A DNA stretch of 64,000 nt from the sequence record LC819006.1. One strand, written 5' to 3'. The position numbers were made by a program, and so were the translations under genes. The notes beneath the pieces were generated by a model, which was not told where the DNA came from, searched no databases, and saw nothing but the letters and a program-made list of their open reading frames with translations. Shown here one piece after another: positions 54,807 to 64,000 of the stretch. Numbering within the stretch: the stretch's first letter is position 1; every line of letters begins with the position of its first letter.

Positions 54807-56582
54807 TTATTCGTCTTTTTTCTCTTGACCCGTCACGATACGGAGAGCATTTTCAGCTTCCGACGTAGACATGGTAATCGAAGGACGATCGTCGTCTTCA
54901 TCATCCGCGCCGCCGAAGGAAACCTTCAGATGCTTGACGGAGACGAACGGCAGCATGTGTTGGTTGACCGTCGATTCCTGGGCTTCCTTGCTCAGATCCG
55001 ACAGATCATCCACGAGCTCTTCCAACGAAGGCGGAACCATCTCACCCACCTTGTTGTAAAGCGCTACGAGTCCAGCTGCGTTCTTCTTCAGCGTGCTCAC
55101 GACGTCTGCTGCGTTCTTGGTGACTTCCGTGTAAACACGGGAGATCTCCGCATACACCCGCATCAAGCCGGCGTAGTTCTCCGTCAGGATACGCTGCAAA
55201 CGAATGATCGCTTCTGCCTCTGCTTTACGCTGGGGACGGGAAGGATCACGTGCTGCCGTTTTCTGAAGACCACGAGCAGCTTCTTCGAGGTGTTGCAGGA
55301 CGGGCTGCGACTTCTTCAGCAGTTCGATGAAGACGATCATGCCGCGCCAGTTGACTTCCTTCAAGCGTCGCACACCGATCTGGTAACCAGACAACAGTTC
55401 TTCCAGATCGTTGAAGTTCGGTTCTTTCGAACCAGCATCGTGAATGCTGTTGCGAAGCGTACCTGCCCATTCACCAGCCGACATGAATGTATGGGAACCG
55501 ATCTTGAAAGCAGCCAGACGTTCATCCGAAATGGCTGCCAGCGAGAGAAGACCCGTGCGTTCCTTATTCCAGCCGGAACCGCCTTCTTCGGAAAAAGCAG
55601 ATGCAGCTTCCTTGCCAGCAGCAAATGCCGCTTCAAGCGCATCAAGTTCCGACGCCATGATCTTGCTGTAGTCGTTGAAGCCTTCGAACGACGCGGTGAT
55701 GAGAGCCATCGCATCGCTGCGTTCTTGAGCGAAAACAACACGAGCGTAACGACTCGGCTTTCTCATGTACTCCAGAACTTCCTTGCCGCCTTCAACGCCC
55801 ATCAGCGCTTCGCCCAGATCGATCTTCAGGAAGTGCTCGCGCTTTGCCTTCGGATCGATCTTGGTGTTGTCCAGCAGGTCGGGGATTTCAGCGATGATCT
55901 GGTCTTGAACAGACACAGGCAGCGAGGACTTGCGGATTTCCTCGTGACTGATCGCATTGGGCATGCGAATGCTCAGTTCCTTACCACGCGTAGCACGGAC
56001 CTTGCTGACGGTGCGATCGAGGACCTTCTCCTGCTTGTCCACTTTCTTCTCGGATTCACGGACACCCTGCTCCGCTTTATCCAAAGTACCGCCACCACTG
56101 CCGCCGCTCGATCCGTTTCCACCGCCAAACAGCCAGTTGATGAACTTGTAGATGATAGCGACGAGGAAAGCAGCTGCTGCTGCGATCACTACCCACATCT
56201 GGGTCGAGAGGGCTTCGAGACTCGGCTCGTAGCCAACGCCCGAAACATCTTCGGTGAAGTAGTTGGGCTTGACGTGGGATTCGAGCGACGGAACGAGTTC
56301 CAGAAGCTCGTAAGCCATCCCACGACTCATGCCCTTGTTCTTCTTCATGCGGCGTTCCAGGTCAATCAGGCGATTGACGTAGGATTCGGTCGAGATGATC
56401 AGATCGATGTCATCCTTCATCTCCGGGAACTGGTTGGCCAATTCCGGTTGTTTGAAGAAGTCCGTATCCGGCATCTCGAAGCCGCTGTTGGGACCACCCT
56501 CAGCTGCGGACTGCATAGCCTGAGCGCGGATCTCCTCGTTGTCGTTGAACTTGTCCCACGTGAAAAGCGAATCACCACGCAT
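54807..56582 (-). CDS. Internal head protein with a TM-like segment (gp86-like)
   Basis: STE/SY, SLE/SH, SLE/AL, followed by WVVIAAAAAFLVAIIYKFINWLF. Confidence 0.6.
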   Translation of the reverse strand: MRGDSLFTWDKFNDNEEIRAQAMQSAAEGGPNSGFEMPDTDFFKQPELANQFPEMKDDIDLIISTESYVNRLIDLERRMKKNKGMSRGMAYELLELVPSLESHVKPNYFTEDVSGVGYEPSLEALSTQMWVVIAAAAAFLVAIIYKFINWLFGGGNGSSGGSGGGTLDKAEQGVRESEKKVDKQEKVLDRTVSKVRATRGKELSIRMPNAISHEEIRKSSLPVSVQDQIIAEIPDLLDNTKIDPKAKREHFLKIDLGEALMGVEGGKEVLEYMRKPSRYARVVFAQERSDAMALITASFEGFNDYSKIMASELDALEAAFAAGKEAASAFSEEGGSGWNKERTGLLSLAAISDERLAAFKIGSHTFMSAGEWAGTLRNSIHDAGSKEPNFNDLEELLSGYQIGVRRLKEVNWRGMIVFIELLKKSQPVLQHLEEAARGLQKTAARDPSRPQRKAEAEAIIRLQRILTENYAGLMRVYAEISRVYTEVTKNAADVVSTLKKNAAGLVALYNKVGEMVPPSLEELVDDLSDLSKEAQESTVNQHMLPFVSVKHLKVSFGGADDEDDDRPSITMSTSEAENALRIVTGQEKKDE

Positions 56583-56593
56583 GGCGCGTCACC

Positions 56594-57070
56594 TCACGAG
56601 AGCGAGATCTTGTTGCACTCGCGCAACTTGCAGATGAGCAGGTTGGCCAGTTGGAGAACCGACGATGCCTGCATGCCGACTTCCTTGATGGCGTTCCACA
56701 CTTCGACCGGCATGATCGGAGCGATACCCAACGCGGTAGCCAGGAATTCGAATTCCGGGTTCACGTTGTAGTCGCATGCCTCGCCGTTCAGGATACGGCT
56801 GCGCAGCAGGAACATCATCTTCGCGGCTTCGCAAGCTGCTTGCACGTCGATGAGCATTTCTTCGTTCAGGAACGAGACCGTGCGCGCGACGTTTGCCGTG
56901 TGTGCATCTGCGAACACCGTCATCGGGTTCAGTTCGTTGCCGATCTTCGGAACGAGGTGGTTGCCGATTGCCATGCCGATAATGACCGGCAGGATCAGGC
57001 GACGCTTGGCGGAATCGGGCAGCATGAGGCTGACCTTGCCAGCGAATTCTTGGACTTCGAAATTCTGCAT
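56594..57070 (-). CDS. Conserved virion-block protein (gp85 position)
   Basis: 158 aa. Synteny. Confidence 0.5.
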   Translation of the reverse strand: MQNFEVQEFAGKVSLMLPDSAKRRLILPVIIGMAIGNHLVPKIGNELNPMTVFADAHTANVARTVSFLNEEMLIDVQAACEAAKMMFLLRSRILNGEACDYNVNPEFEFLATALGIAPIMPVEVWNAIKEVGMQASSVLQLANLLICKLRECNKISLS

Positions 57071-57085
57071 GATGGTGACCTGTGG

Positions 57086-58396
57086 TTAAGCGTTACGGAA
57101 CTTGTTTGCGTAATAGAACAGCTTGTTGGACGCCATGTCTTCGAGCTGTTGCTGGAATTCGATCTGTTTGCGTTTGTTGACGCCCGACGGAATCAGGTAG
57201 TCATAAACCAGGCCCACGAGCTGGGTATGGTCCTTGAAGTGATCGTTGGTCTTGTCGATGATCTCGATGTCTTCGCGAATGCGAGCCGAGTCTTCCTTCG
57301 TCAGGCCAGGTTCCTTCAGTTCGTTGATCAGGTCGTTGCGGATACGGATGAAACGACGACCTGCCTTGTCGTACCAGTCGTGATGGGCATCTGCCAGCAG
57401 GAGACCTGCGAGCAGCACGAACGTCGTGTATGCGCCGTACACTTGGCCGATTGCGATTTCGAAGATACCGAGCGCAAGCACACAGACCTTCACGAATTCC
57501 ATGAAGAAGTAGCCGACCCAGCCGCGACGATAGATCGTGCCTTTGTACATCTTGTCGAGCGCCGTCACGAGATCACGGCCAGCGCCATGACGCGTTGCGA
57601 ACTGATCCGACAGAGCTTCGAAGCTGTTGATGTCGTAGCCTTCCACACCCGACTGGCTGCGGTTCTTGCGTGCCAGGTTCGAGATGATGACCGTGTAGAT
57701 CGTCGTGTTGTTCTTGTTGCCGAGATCCTGAGCATCCAGATTCGTGATCGCCAGCATATCGCCAGCTTCCTTGATGATCAGCTCACGTCGGCCGTGATCA
57801 GTCGTACCGTCCAGCTCGCGCACCATCGTGATGAGGATCTGGTTGGTCGTACGGAAACGGATCAAGTGTTCGAAGAACGACCACACATGACCGACTTCAT
57901 GCAAGATGATCGCCGAGAGTTCCGGGCTGGAATATTCGCGACCGTCGAAGAGTTTGTAGAGCAGGCCCTTGTTGCCGTAGATCATCGCAGCATTCAGGTA
58001 CATCTTGATCGGCGGCAGTTCTGCCAGGTAGCCGTCCACCCAGCCTGCGTTCGTATCGATGAACGCACGCACTTCCTTGTTCTGGCTCTTGCGGATGTCG
58101 GCGAGCGAGCGCTTGGAGAGCGTCGTGTCCTTCCAGCCGTAGCCTTCGAGCAGCGGGCTGTTCTTGTCCAGATGCGGGGGTTCCGTCATCATGGGCATGT
58201 CGCTCACGCTGATTTCGAAGTTGATGTTCGTGTTGTCCTTGATGCACTTGGCAACTGCGATCTCGAACTCGGTGCGAGTGTTACCGTCGCTCTTGGTACG
58301 GTACTTATCGATGATCGCCGTCATCTCGCGGTGGAAGCGATCGTTCTGGAACGAAATGCTCTCCGGCGAGTAGATGGGATTGATGGTGGTAAACAT
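57086..58396 (-). CDS. Virion protein with HExxH zincin/M48-like motif (gp84-like)
   Basis: IILHEVGH (57887-57901), then EALSDQFATRHGAG..L..AL.K and a hydrophobic hairpin. Confidence 0.7.
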   Translation of the reverse strand: MFTTINPIYSPESISFQNDRFHREMTAIIDKYRTKSDGNTRTEFEIAVAKCIKDNTNINFEISVSDMPMMTEPPHLDKNSPLLEGYGWKDTTLSKRSLADIRKSQNKEVRAFIDTNAGWVDGYLAELPPIKMYLNAAMIYGNKGLLYKLFDGREYSSPELSAIILHEVGHVWSFFEHLIRFRTTNQILITMVRELDGTTDHGRRELIIKEAGDMLAITNLDAQDLGNKNNTTIYTVIISNLARKNRSQSGVEGYDINSFEALSDQFATRHGAGRDLVTALDKMYKGTIYRRGWVGYFFMEFVKVCVLALGIFEIAIGQVYGAYTTFVLLAGLLLADAHHDWYDKAGRRFIRIRNDLINELKEPGLTKEDSARIREDIEIIDKTNDHFKDHTQLVGLVYDYLIPSGVNKRKQIEFQQQLEDMASNKLFYYANKFRNA

Positions 58397-58493
58397 GTTT
58401 TGGCCGACCTTTTGTCAACGGTAATTAAAAATCAGACGACACAATGTTGTGCCTGAAATTGTCCTACGCCTCATAAAAAAGGTGCGAAATAGA

Positions 58494-60590
58494 ATGGATA
58501 ATATTCTGTTGCTCAACAAGAGGAACAAAACAGCAGTTTACCCGAGTGATCTGCTGGTCATTGACATTGACAGAACCTGTCCGATTCTCGGAAATCCGTT
58601 TCCGATGAAGGACAAAGACGACGATGAAGAACGCTCTTTTGTGATCGATTCATACCGTCGGTATTTTGAAAAAGAGTATGCCAATAATGGGATACTCACC
58701 AAACGAATTCATGAACTTGCAGACCTGGTTCGCTCTGGTAAGCGGATCGGTCTTCGCTGCTGGTGTCACCCTAAACCGTGTCACGGCAACATCATCATCT
58801 CCAAGATCAAAAAACTACTGGAAGGAAACATGTCTGAATCGCCTCAACAACCCAGTAAAGAGTTTCTGAACTATCCCTTCGCAAAGGAAGACATCGATTA
58901 CGTCGAATGTCGTTTCGCTATCCACATTCCGAAGGATCGAAACAACGAGAAGGGCATCGACCTTCATGCAGTTAAGGAAATCATTCACTTCAAGGATGGC
59001 ACGACCAAGCCATGGGTGAAGTACATTCCGAACTACCAATGCAAATTCTGGACGACGAAGCCTCATGTTCGTAACGGCAAGTTTGCACACAAGCAGAAGA
59101 AAGAATGGGAGTCGCTCGATAACCTGATTGAAGGTCAGGCTACGGCTTCCGGCATGGGCTTTGCAGTAGCTCGTGCGCTGGATCAGATGCGTCTGGCTGA
59201 TCGTTATTTCGATCTGAAGGATTCGCCCTACGTCTACGGTCTGGATATTCCGTCGACGGTGCAGCTCAAGCACGACTACACCGTGCGTATGCAGGGTAAG
59301 GCAGATACGCCGTTTACCATCGCTTATTCTGATACTGAAACGAACATGCTCGGTATCGAAGAAGGTGCTTCGAAACACATCATCATGCAGTCGCTCTTCC
59401 ATCAGGATGGACGTCTCTTTACGGTGATTCTCGAAGACTTCGTGAAAACGCTGCCTAATCCGCAGAAAGATCTTCGCGCCCTCTATGACGAACACATGCC
59501 TGAGCAAGGCAAGGAACTCGTCAAGGATTGGGAAATCGCAATCGTTAAAGAACCGATCGACATCGTCAAGGCGATTCTGCAACGTTGCCATACGTGGCAG
59601 CCTGACTTCCTGTCGTTCTGGAACATGATCTTCGACTTGGACAAAATGATCCAGTGCGTTGAAGACGCCGGTTATCGTCCCGAAGACATCTTCTGCGATC
59701 CTCGTCTGCCGCGTGAGTTGCGTTATGCTTTCCTGAAGCGCGCTAACCCGAGTAAGACGTCGGCATCGGGTCGTCTGATGACCAAGAAGCCTGCTGATCA
59801 GTGGCATAGCTGGCTGTGCCCTGCCTCGTTTTACATCATCGACCAGATGGCTACCTACCGCTTCGTTCGTAAATCGAAGCAGCTGGAAAAGTCTTACGGT
59901 CTGGATGACATTCTGGGCAAGGAACTCGAAGGTCTGGGTAAGCTTAAGCACAAACCTGCTGAAGGTTTGACTAAAGCCGAATTCCACATCTTCATGCAAC
60001 AGAAATATCCTGGCGAGTATGTGATCTATCACATCTGGGATGCGGTCTGTATGCACCTGCTGACATTGAAGACGAAGGACTTGTCATTCTCGTTGCCAGG
60101 TACGACGGAGTTCTCGGACTTCATGAGCTTTGAATCGGAACCGAAGCGCTATATCCACAAGTTCCATTTCTACGCATTGGAAAACCATCGATGCGTGACT
60201 GGCGTATCCAGTAAAGCTCTGGTGCAAGAATACGACGACATGACCATCTCCACCAAGGGTCACATCGTTACTCTTGAACCACACTTGACTGTGGATTCGG
60301 GGATGAAGATCTTCAATGATTATCCCGAGCTACAGACAAACTTCTACGGCCATAATGCTGACCTGGACGTTAAGTCCAGTTATCCATACGGCCAGTGGGT
60401 TTTCAACATGTCGCGTACTACGACTGTTCGAGAACTCGTTGAGATCGAAGGTGTGCGCGATCATGTTCGCCGCATCCAGGGTCTTAACATCTCTGGTGGA
60501 CGCAGTAATGCAGTTGAATTCTGTACTGAGATCTTCGGTCTTCCGAGCCTCGCTGAACTCGACAAGATTTACGATCAAGCACATGCATAA
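58494..60590 (+). CDS. Split family-B DNA polymerase, exonuclease/motif-A subunit (phiKZ gp82-like), with in-frame N-terminal DUF4326-like domain
   Basis: ExoI DTE, ExoII WNMIFD, ExoIII YHIWD, pol motif A DVKSSYP, no DTDS motif. N-terminal GNPF...LRCWCHPKPCHG. Second SD+ATG at 58830. Confidence 0.85.
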   Translation: MDNILLLNKRNKTAVYPSDLLVIDIDRTCPILGNPFPMKDKDDDEERSFVIDSYRRYFEKEYANNGILTKRIHELADLVRSGKRIGLRCWCHPKPCHGNIIISKIKKLLEGNMSESPQQPSKEFLNYPFAKEDIDYVECRFAIHIPKDRNNEKGIDLHAVKEIIHFKDGTTKPWVKYIPNYQCKFWTTKPHVRNGKFAHKQKKEWESLDNLIEGQATASGMGFAVARALDQMRLADRYFDLKDSPYVYGLDIPSTVQLKHDYTVRMQGKADTPFTIAYSDTETNMLGIEEGASKHIIMQSLFHQDGRLFTVILEDFVKTLPNPQKDLRALYDEHMPEQGKELVKDWEIAIVKEPIDIVKAILQRCHTWQPDFLSFWNMIFDLDKMIQCVEDAGYRPEDIFCDPRLPRELRYAFLKRANPSKTSASGRLMTKKPADQWHSWLCPASFYIIDQMATYRFVRKSKQLEKSYGLDDILGKELEGLGKLKHKPAEGLTKAEFHIFMQQKYPGEYVIYHIWDAVCMHLLTLKTKDLSFSLPGTTEFSDFMSFESEPKRYIHKFHFYALENHRCVTGVSSKALVQEYDDMTISTKGHIVTLEPHLTVDSGMKIFNDYPELQTNFYGHNADLDVKSSYPYGQWVFNMSRTTTVRELVEIEGVRDHVRRIQGLNISGGRSNAVEFCTEIFGLPSLAELDKIYDQAHA

Positions 60591-60600
60591 AGCATAGGCA

Positions 60601-60630
60601 CCTACTCCTACCCGCAAGGGTAGGAGTAGG
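60601..60630. terminator. Hairpin between convergent polymerase and SPRY genes
   Basis: CCTACTCCTACCC-GCAA-GGGTAGGAGTAGG. Confidence 0.75.
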
Positions 60631-60641
60631 ACTATGTCTGC

Positions 60642-61235
60642 TTACCATAGAGAATACCCGACCGGCGTATATTTGGGCGACGCCTGCCAATCAACAACCG
60701 TGAAACCGTTTGAGCCATACGGACTGGTAGCCATCGGATAAAACGTCGAGTTACCAGGACTGTATGAAGTCAGGTTAACGGCACCTTCGTTCGTACCATT
60801 GCGATAGTACGTCATGAGCTTGTTATCGAGATCTACAGCAACACCAACGTAATCGCCTTGAGTAAAGCCTGTTACACCATAACTGACGCGAGCGTTGTTG
60901 CCATAGATCAGTACGCTATAGCCTCCTGAACAATACCAGAAAATTTCTCCGGAAGCACTCGTCCAGGGAGTTACTGAAACTGGCGTTGCAGCCGTAGCGA
61001 GACCAATAAGCGGACTGTAACTAACACTACCTTCGAACTGAAACGCGAGGATTTCGAAGTAGTATTTACCTGAGCTTCTCGCCACGGTCGCCCTTACACC
61101 TTGACCATACGGTGAGATAGTAGCTCTAAGCGAGTTATTTGAAAGGGTGACCTGAGATCCTTTATTGTTCGTGTCCCAGATTGTAGTAGTTCCAGTTACT
61201 ACTTTTTTCTTTAAAAGCAAGTTGGCGGCTAGCAT
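60642..61235 (-). CDS. SPRY/B30.2 (concanavalin-like) domain protein, paralog 1
   Basis: SGKYYFEI...GDYVGVAVDLD...YYRNG. Confidence 0.75.
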   Translation of the reverse strand: MLAANLLLKKKVVTGTTTIWDTNNKGSQVTLSNNSLRATISPYGQGVRATVARSSGKYYFEILAFQFEGSVSYSPLIGLATAATPVSVTPWTSASGEIFWYCSGGYSVLIYGNNARVSYGVTGFTQGDYVGVAVDLDNKLMTYYRNGTNEGAVNLTSYSPGNSTFYPMATSPYGSNGFTVVDWQASPKYTPVGYSLW

Positions 61236-61238
61236 ATC

Positions 61239-61829
61239 TCACCAAAGTCCATAGCCAGAAGGACAGTATAGCGGGCTCGGCTGCCAGTCGACCACTGTGG
61301 CGGCAGTTGCTGAGTTAGGACTCGCACAAACCGGATAGAAAACCGTGCCCGCCGAATAGTTGTTGGCTCCCCAGCCAATCAAAGGCTGAGCAACGCCGTT
61401 CAAGATCCAGTAAATGGTCTTGGCAGTCATGTCAAGAGCAACGCCCACGATGTCGCCTTGTTTAGGCGTCGTACCGTAATTGAAACGCTGATTGCTACCA
61501 TAGATGAACTGGGCTGAACCCGATCCACCGTAATACCAGAACATTTCATAGCTGCCGGTATTCCACGGTGACTGGAAAGGCGTGGTCGTTGTGCCGAGTC
61601 CAATCATCGGCATATAGATACCGGACTCGAATTGGGTCAGCTTGACCTCGTAGTACCATTTACCCGAGGTCTGGGAAAGAGTAGCGAAACAGGCTCCGCC
61701 GGATTGTCCGCAGTTCGCCCGAAGATTGCTGTTCGTTACAGTAACAGAAGAAGCTTTAAGGGTCGGACTCCACGTCGTCGGCGTGGACGCCAGAGCCTTC
61801 TTCTTAAGAAGCATTGCTGAATCAAACAT
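61239..61829 (-). CDS. SPRY/B30.2 domain protein, paralog 2
   Basis: SGKWYYEV...GDIVGVALDM...WILNG. Start uncertain (TTG 61853 or ATG 61829). Confidence 0.75.
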   Translation of the reverse strand: MFDSAMLLKKKALASTPTTWSPTLKASSVTVTNSNLRANCGQSGGACFATLSQTSGKWYYEVKLTQFESGIYMPMIGLGTTTTPFQSPWNTGSYEMFWYYGGSGSAQFIYGSNQRFNYGTTPKQGDIVGVALDMTAKTIYWILNGVAQPLIGWGANNYSAGTVFYPVCASPNSATAATVVDWQPSPLYCPSGYGLW

Positions 61830-61865
61830 AAGAAGCCCGGTATGATTTGTCAAAAGTCATAGAAT

Positions 61866-61891
61866 CGTACCTAGGCTTGCGCCTAGGTACG
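61866..61891 (-). terminator. Hairpin (GCAA loop) after tmk
   Basis: CGTACCTAGGC-TTGC-GCCTAGGTACG. Confidence 0.68.
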
Positions 61892-61897
61892 AGTTCG

Positions 61898-62593
61898 TTA
61901 ACCGATGTACTGGATGATATTGTCGACCGACTTCTGCACTTCACTGATCGAGCGGGTTGCATCGACAGTGAAAAGAGGCCCGGCTTCCTGCATGATTCGC
62001 TGGCTGAACTGCGCACGGAAGTTCTGGATGAGGTTCTCGAAGAATTCGTCCGGCTTCGTTTCGAATGCATCCTTCACATCACCGGACGCACTTACACGTT
62101 CATCGACACGAGCGCGAGAAGTCGCCAGATCGATGTCCAGAAAGATCGTGGCGTAGCCTTTGATCTGGCTATAGAGCCATGCCCGCGTTTGAAGCGGATA
62201 TGAAGCCAGAATGTTGGGCAGATTCAGATGGTAGTCGAACATCTGATCACAGAGCTTCTTAGGGATTCCCTGAGTGAAGTGCTGGTATACCCATGTCGTG
62301 TCGTTCCAACGGTCACTGATGACCACCTGGCCAGCCAGAAGGGCAGGTATGATGTTCTCGACCAGTACCCGGCGCCGCAAATACAGAATACACGACAAAA
62401 CTGCCGGCATCGGGATTTTCTGATGAATCCATGCGTCCCGCATGAACGATGCTTCTTCGTCTTTCGGATATGCCGCGACAACGACATTCGGAATGCCTTT
62501 AGCCGTCAGGTATTCGCCGATGTATTTCGAGATACTGCTCTTACCGCTACCGTCGATGCCTTCAACGGTCCAGAAACGATTGTCACTTGCCAC
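61898..62593 (-). CDS. tmk: Thymidylate (dTMP) kinase
   Basis: VEGIDGSGKSS P-loop, ISDRW, IFLDID. Confidence 0.9.
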   Translation of the reverse strand: MASDNRFWTVEGIDGSGKSSISKYIGEYLTAKGIPNVVVAAYPKDEEASFMRDAWIHQKIPMPAVLSCILYLRRRVLVENIIPALLAGQVVISDRWNDTTWVYQHFTQGIPKKLCDQMFDYHLNLPNILASYPLQTRAWLYSQIKGYATIFLDIDLATSRARVDERVSASGDVKDAFETKPDEFFENLIQNFRAQFSQRIMQEAGPLFTVDATRSISEVQKSVDNIIQYIG

Positions 62594-62698
62594 GTTGGTC
62601 TCCCAGGTTTAACCAGGCTATCTGGCCTAAAAATAAAAAATAAAGCAAAAAAAAAATCCCCGGTGTTACCCGGGGAGAAATACACGCGCCGCCGAGGG

Positions 62699-63469
62699 CT
62701 ACATGCGGCGCATGTAGAGACTCAGAGGCACGTAGGACGGATTCACGAAACGATACATTGCTGCAGCGCTCTGTTCCTTCTCGCGACAGTTATTCGCGAA
62801 ACGAACGAAGTGCTCCAACTCACCCTTGGTTTTGGCAGTGCCGACATACACACTGTTCTGCTCCTTAAGCGAACTGTAGTAGACTTCGACACCGCCTTCC
62901 TTCGAGCGAGCATAGGCTTGTACGCCATCGGGGATGATGACGTCATGCACAGTCTTGATATAGTTCCGGTTGTACTTCACCGGATACCACAACGACTTAT
63001 TGACCTCGTCGGTGAACTGACGCAGATTCTCGAAGTAGTAGTTCGCAGCTTCCAGGACCATGTTCTTGTAATCCGGATTGTGGAACTCCTGCGCAATGCT
63101 GCTACCGCTGAACACGCGAATAATAACCTTACGAGGGCCCCGCATTGCTGCGACCATCTTCGAAGGAAGAATGAAAACGCCATGGCCGGGAATGACCTTG
63201 ACGCCTTCTTCTTTTTTATCAAACAACTGACGTAGCTTGCCGCGCTGGGCGAAAGCTTTCGACTGACCGAGCGCGACGTTGTATTCGCGGAATGTCTCAG
63301 CCGATACTTCTTCGTCCACGATGGGCGTGAACACGTGATTCTGGCGAATGCTATTCACCCGCCATGCCTTATCACCATAGCTGGCGTTGATGATGGACAG
63401 GTCCGAATCAATCGGGAATTCGCGATTCAGAATACGCACTACGTTTTTGCCGACGGAGATCTGTTGCAT
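62699..63469 (-). CDS. Hypothetical protein
   Basis: 256-aa ORF with AAGGA SD. Confidence 0.65.
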   Translation of the reverse strand: MQQISVGKNVVRILNREFPIDSDLSIINASYGDKAWRVNSIRQNHVFTPIVDEEVSAETFREYNVALGQSKAFAQRGKLRQLFDKKEEGVKVIPGHGVFILPSKMVAAMRGPRKVIIRVFSGSSIAQEFHNPDYKNMVLEAANYYFENLRQFTDEVNKSLWYPVKYNRNYIKTVHDVIIPDGVQAYARSKEGGVEVYYSSLKEQNSVYVGTAKTKGELEHFVRFANNCREKEQSAAAMYRFVNPSYVPLSLYMRRM

Positions 63470-63503
63470 GTCGATTTTATCCTTACGTTTTGAAAGTTGA
63501 AGC

Positions 63504-64000
63504 TTAAGCTGCGTTGATGCTTACATCTTCAGAGTTTGCTGCTTCCAGGCTTTCGCCCGATGCTGCTTTTTGGCGAGCCTTGATGATGCAGATCGCCATG
63601 TCCACGGCCACCAGGAAGTGGGCGTGAGAGGTTTGGTACGGATTCTTCGGAACAGAAACCGTACTGGCCAGCCGTCGCGGATCGCCTGCTTCTTCATAGC
63701 TTTCCAGCGGAGCAGTCGTCTGATACGCGTCGATCATTTCCTTGGTAGCGGCGATGACCGAATCGACCCAGACATACTTCTTCTTCCATGCTGCCTTGTA
63801 ATAGCGCTTGGCGTCTTCAACCGAATAGCCGGCATTGGCGAGAGTCGCCAGACAGCCTTGTTCGAAGATTGCCCGCGTACGGACAGACAGCGGAATCGCG
63901 ACGATTGTGCGACCGACTTCTTTTTCATCTTGCTTGCGGATGTTGACGCGCAGGTCCCATTCACCGAGTCGGTGGGGAACGCGGCTCCAACCATGGAAGA
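63504..64000 (-). CDS. Hypothetical protein (partial, 5' end beyond window)
   Basis: The frame of the 77-aa track ORF stays open to the edge (...FHGWSRVPHRLGEWDLRVN...). Confidence 0.65.
   Translation of the reverse strand, partial: FHGWSRVPHRLGEWDLRVNIRKQDEKEVGRTIVAIPLSVRTRAIFEQGCLATLANAGYSVEDAKRYYKAAWKKKYVWVDSVIAATKEMIDAYQTTAPLESYEEAGDPRRLASTVSVPKNPYQTSHAHFLVAVDMAICIIKARQKAASGESLEAANSEDVSINAA

Noticed and set aside
51829-58456. Long opposite-strand ORFs 51829-53883, 54756-56771 and 56651-58456
   Set aside because: They are shadows of syntenic structural genes.
1-64000. tRNA or rRNA genes
   Set aside because: No cloverleaf with a T-loop (GTTCRA) plus D-arm was found in the intergenic gaps by eye. 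tRNAscan-SE was not run.

Overview
This window is a 64-kb segment of a phiKZ-like, nucleus-forming jumbo phage (Chimalliviridae type). A Burkholderiales host is plausible but inferred only. Conserved core genes sit at both ends. The left end has the major capsid protein (partial) and a DnaB-like helicase. From about 39 kb there is a virion head/baseplate block syntenic with phiKZ gp101-gp84, the exonuclease-bearing subunit of a split family-B DNA polymerase, and a dTMP kinase. Between 3.5 and 39 kb lies an accessory region transcribed entirely leftward. It is cut into modules by stem-loop terminators and six copies of a phiKZ-type early promoter. It also carries thyA, NUDIX, HAD and QueC-like enzymes, a holin-like protein and a collagen-repeat tail fibre. 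The most unusual observations are: (1) six consecutive divergent winged-helix genes beside an AAA+ ATPase; (2) a protein with a host-like translation initiation factor IF2 N-terminal domain; (3) a candidate ~160-nt structured early RNA; (4) an in-frame DUF4326 fusion to the DNA polymerase subunit; (5) an M48-like membrane protease motif in a virion protein; (6) a TTTTAAAA palindrome just upstream of about 12 start codons. No database searches were run. Family names and phiKZ gp equivalences come from motif recognition, protein length and recalled synteny.
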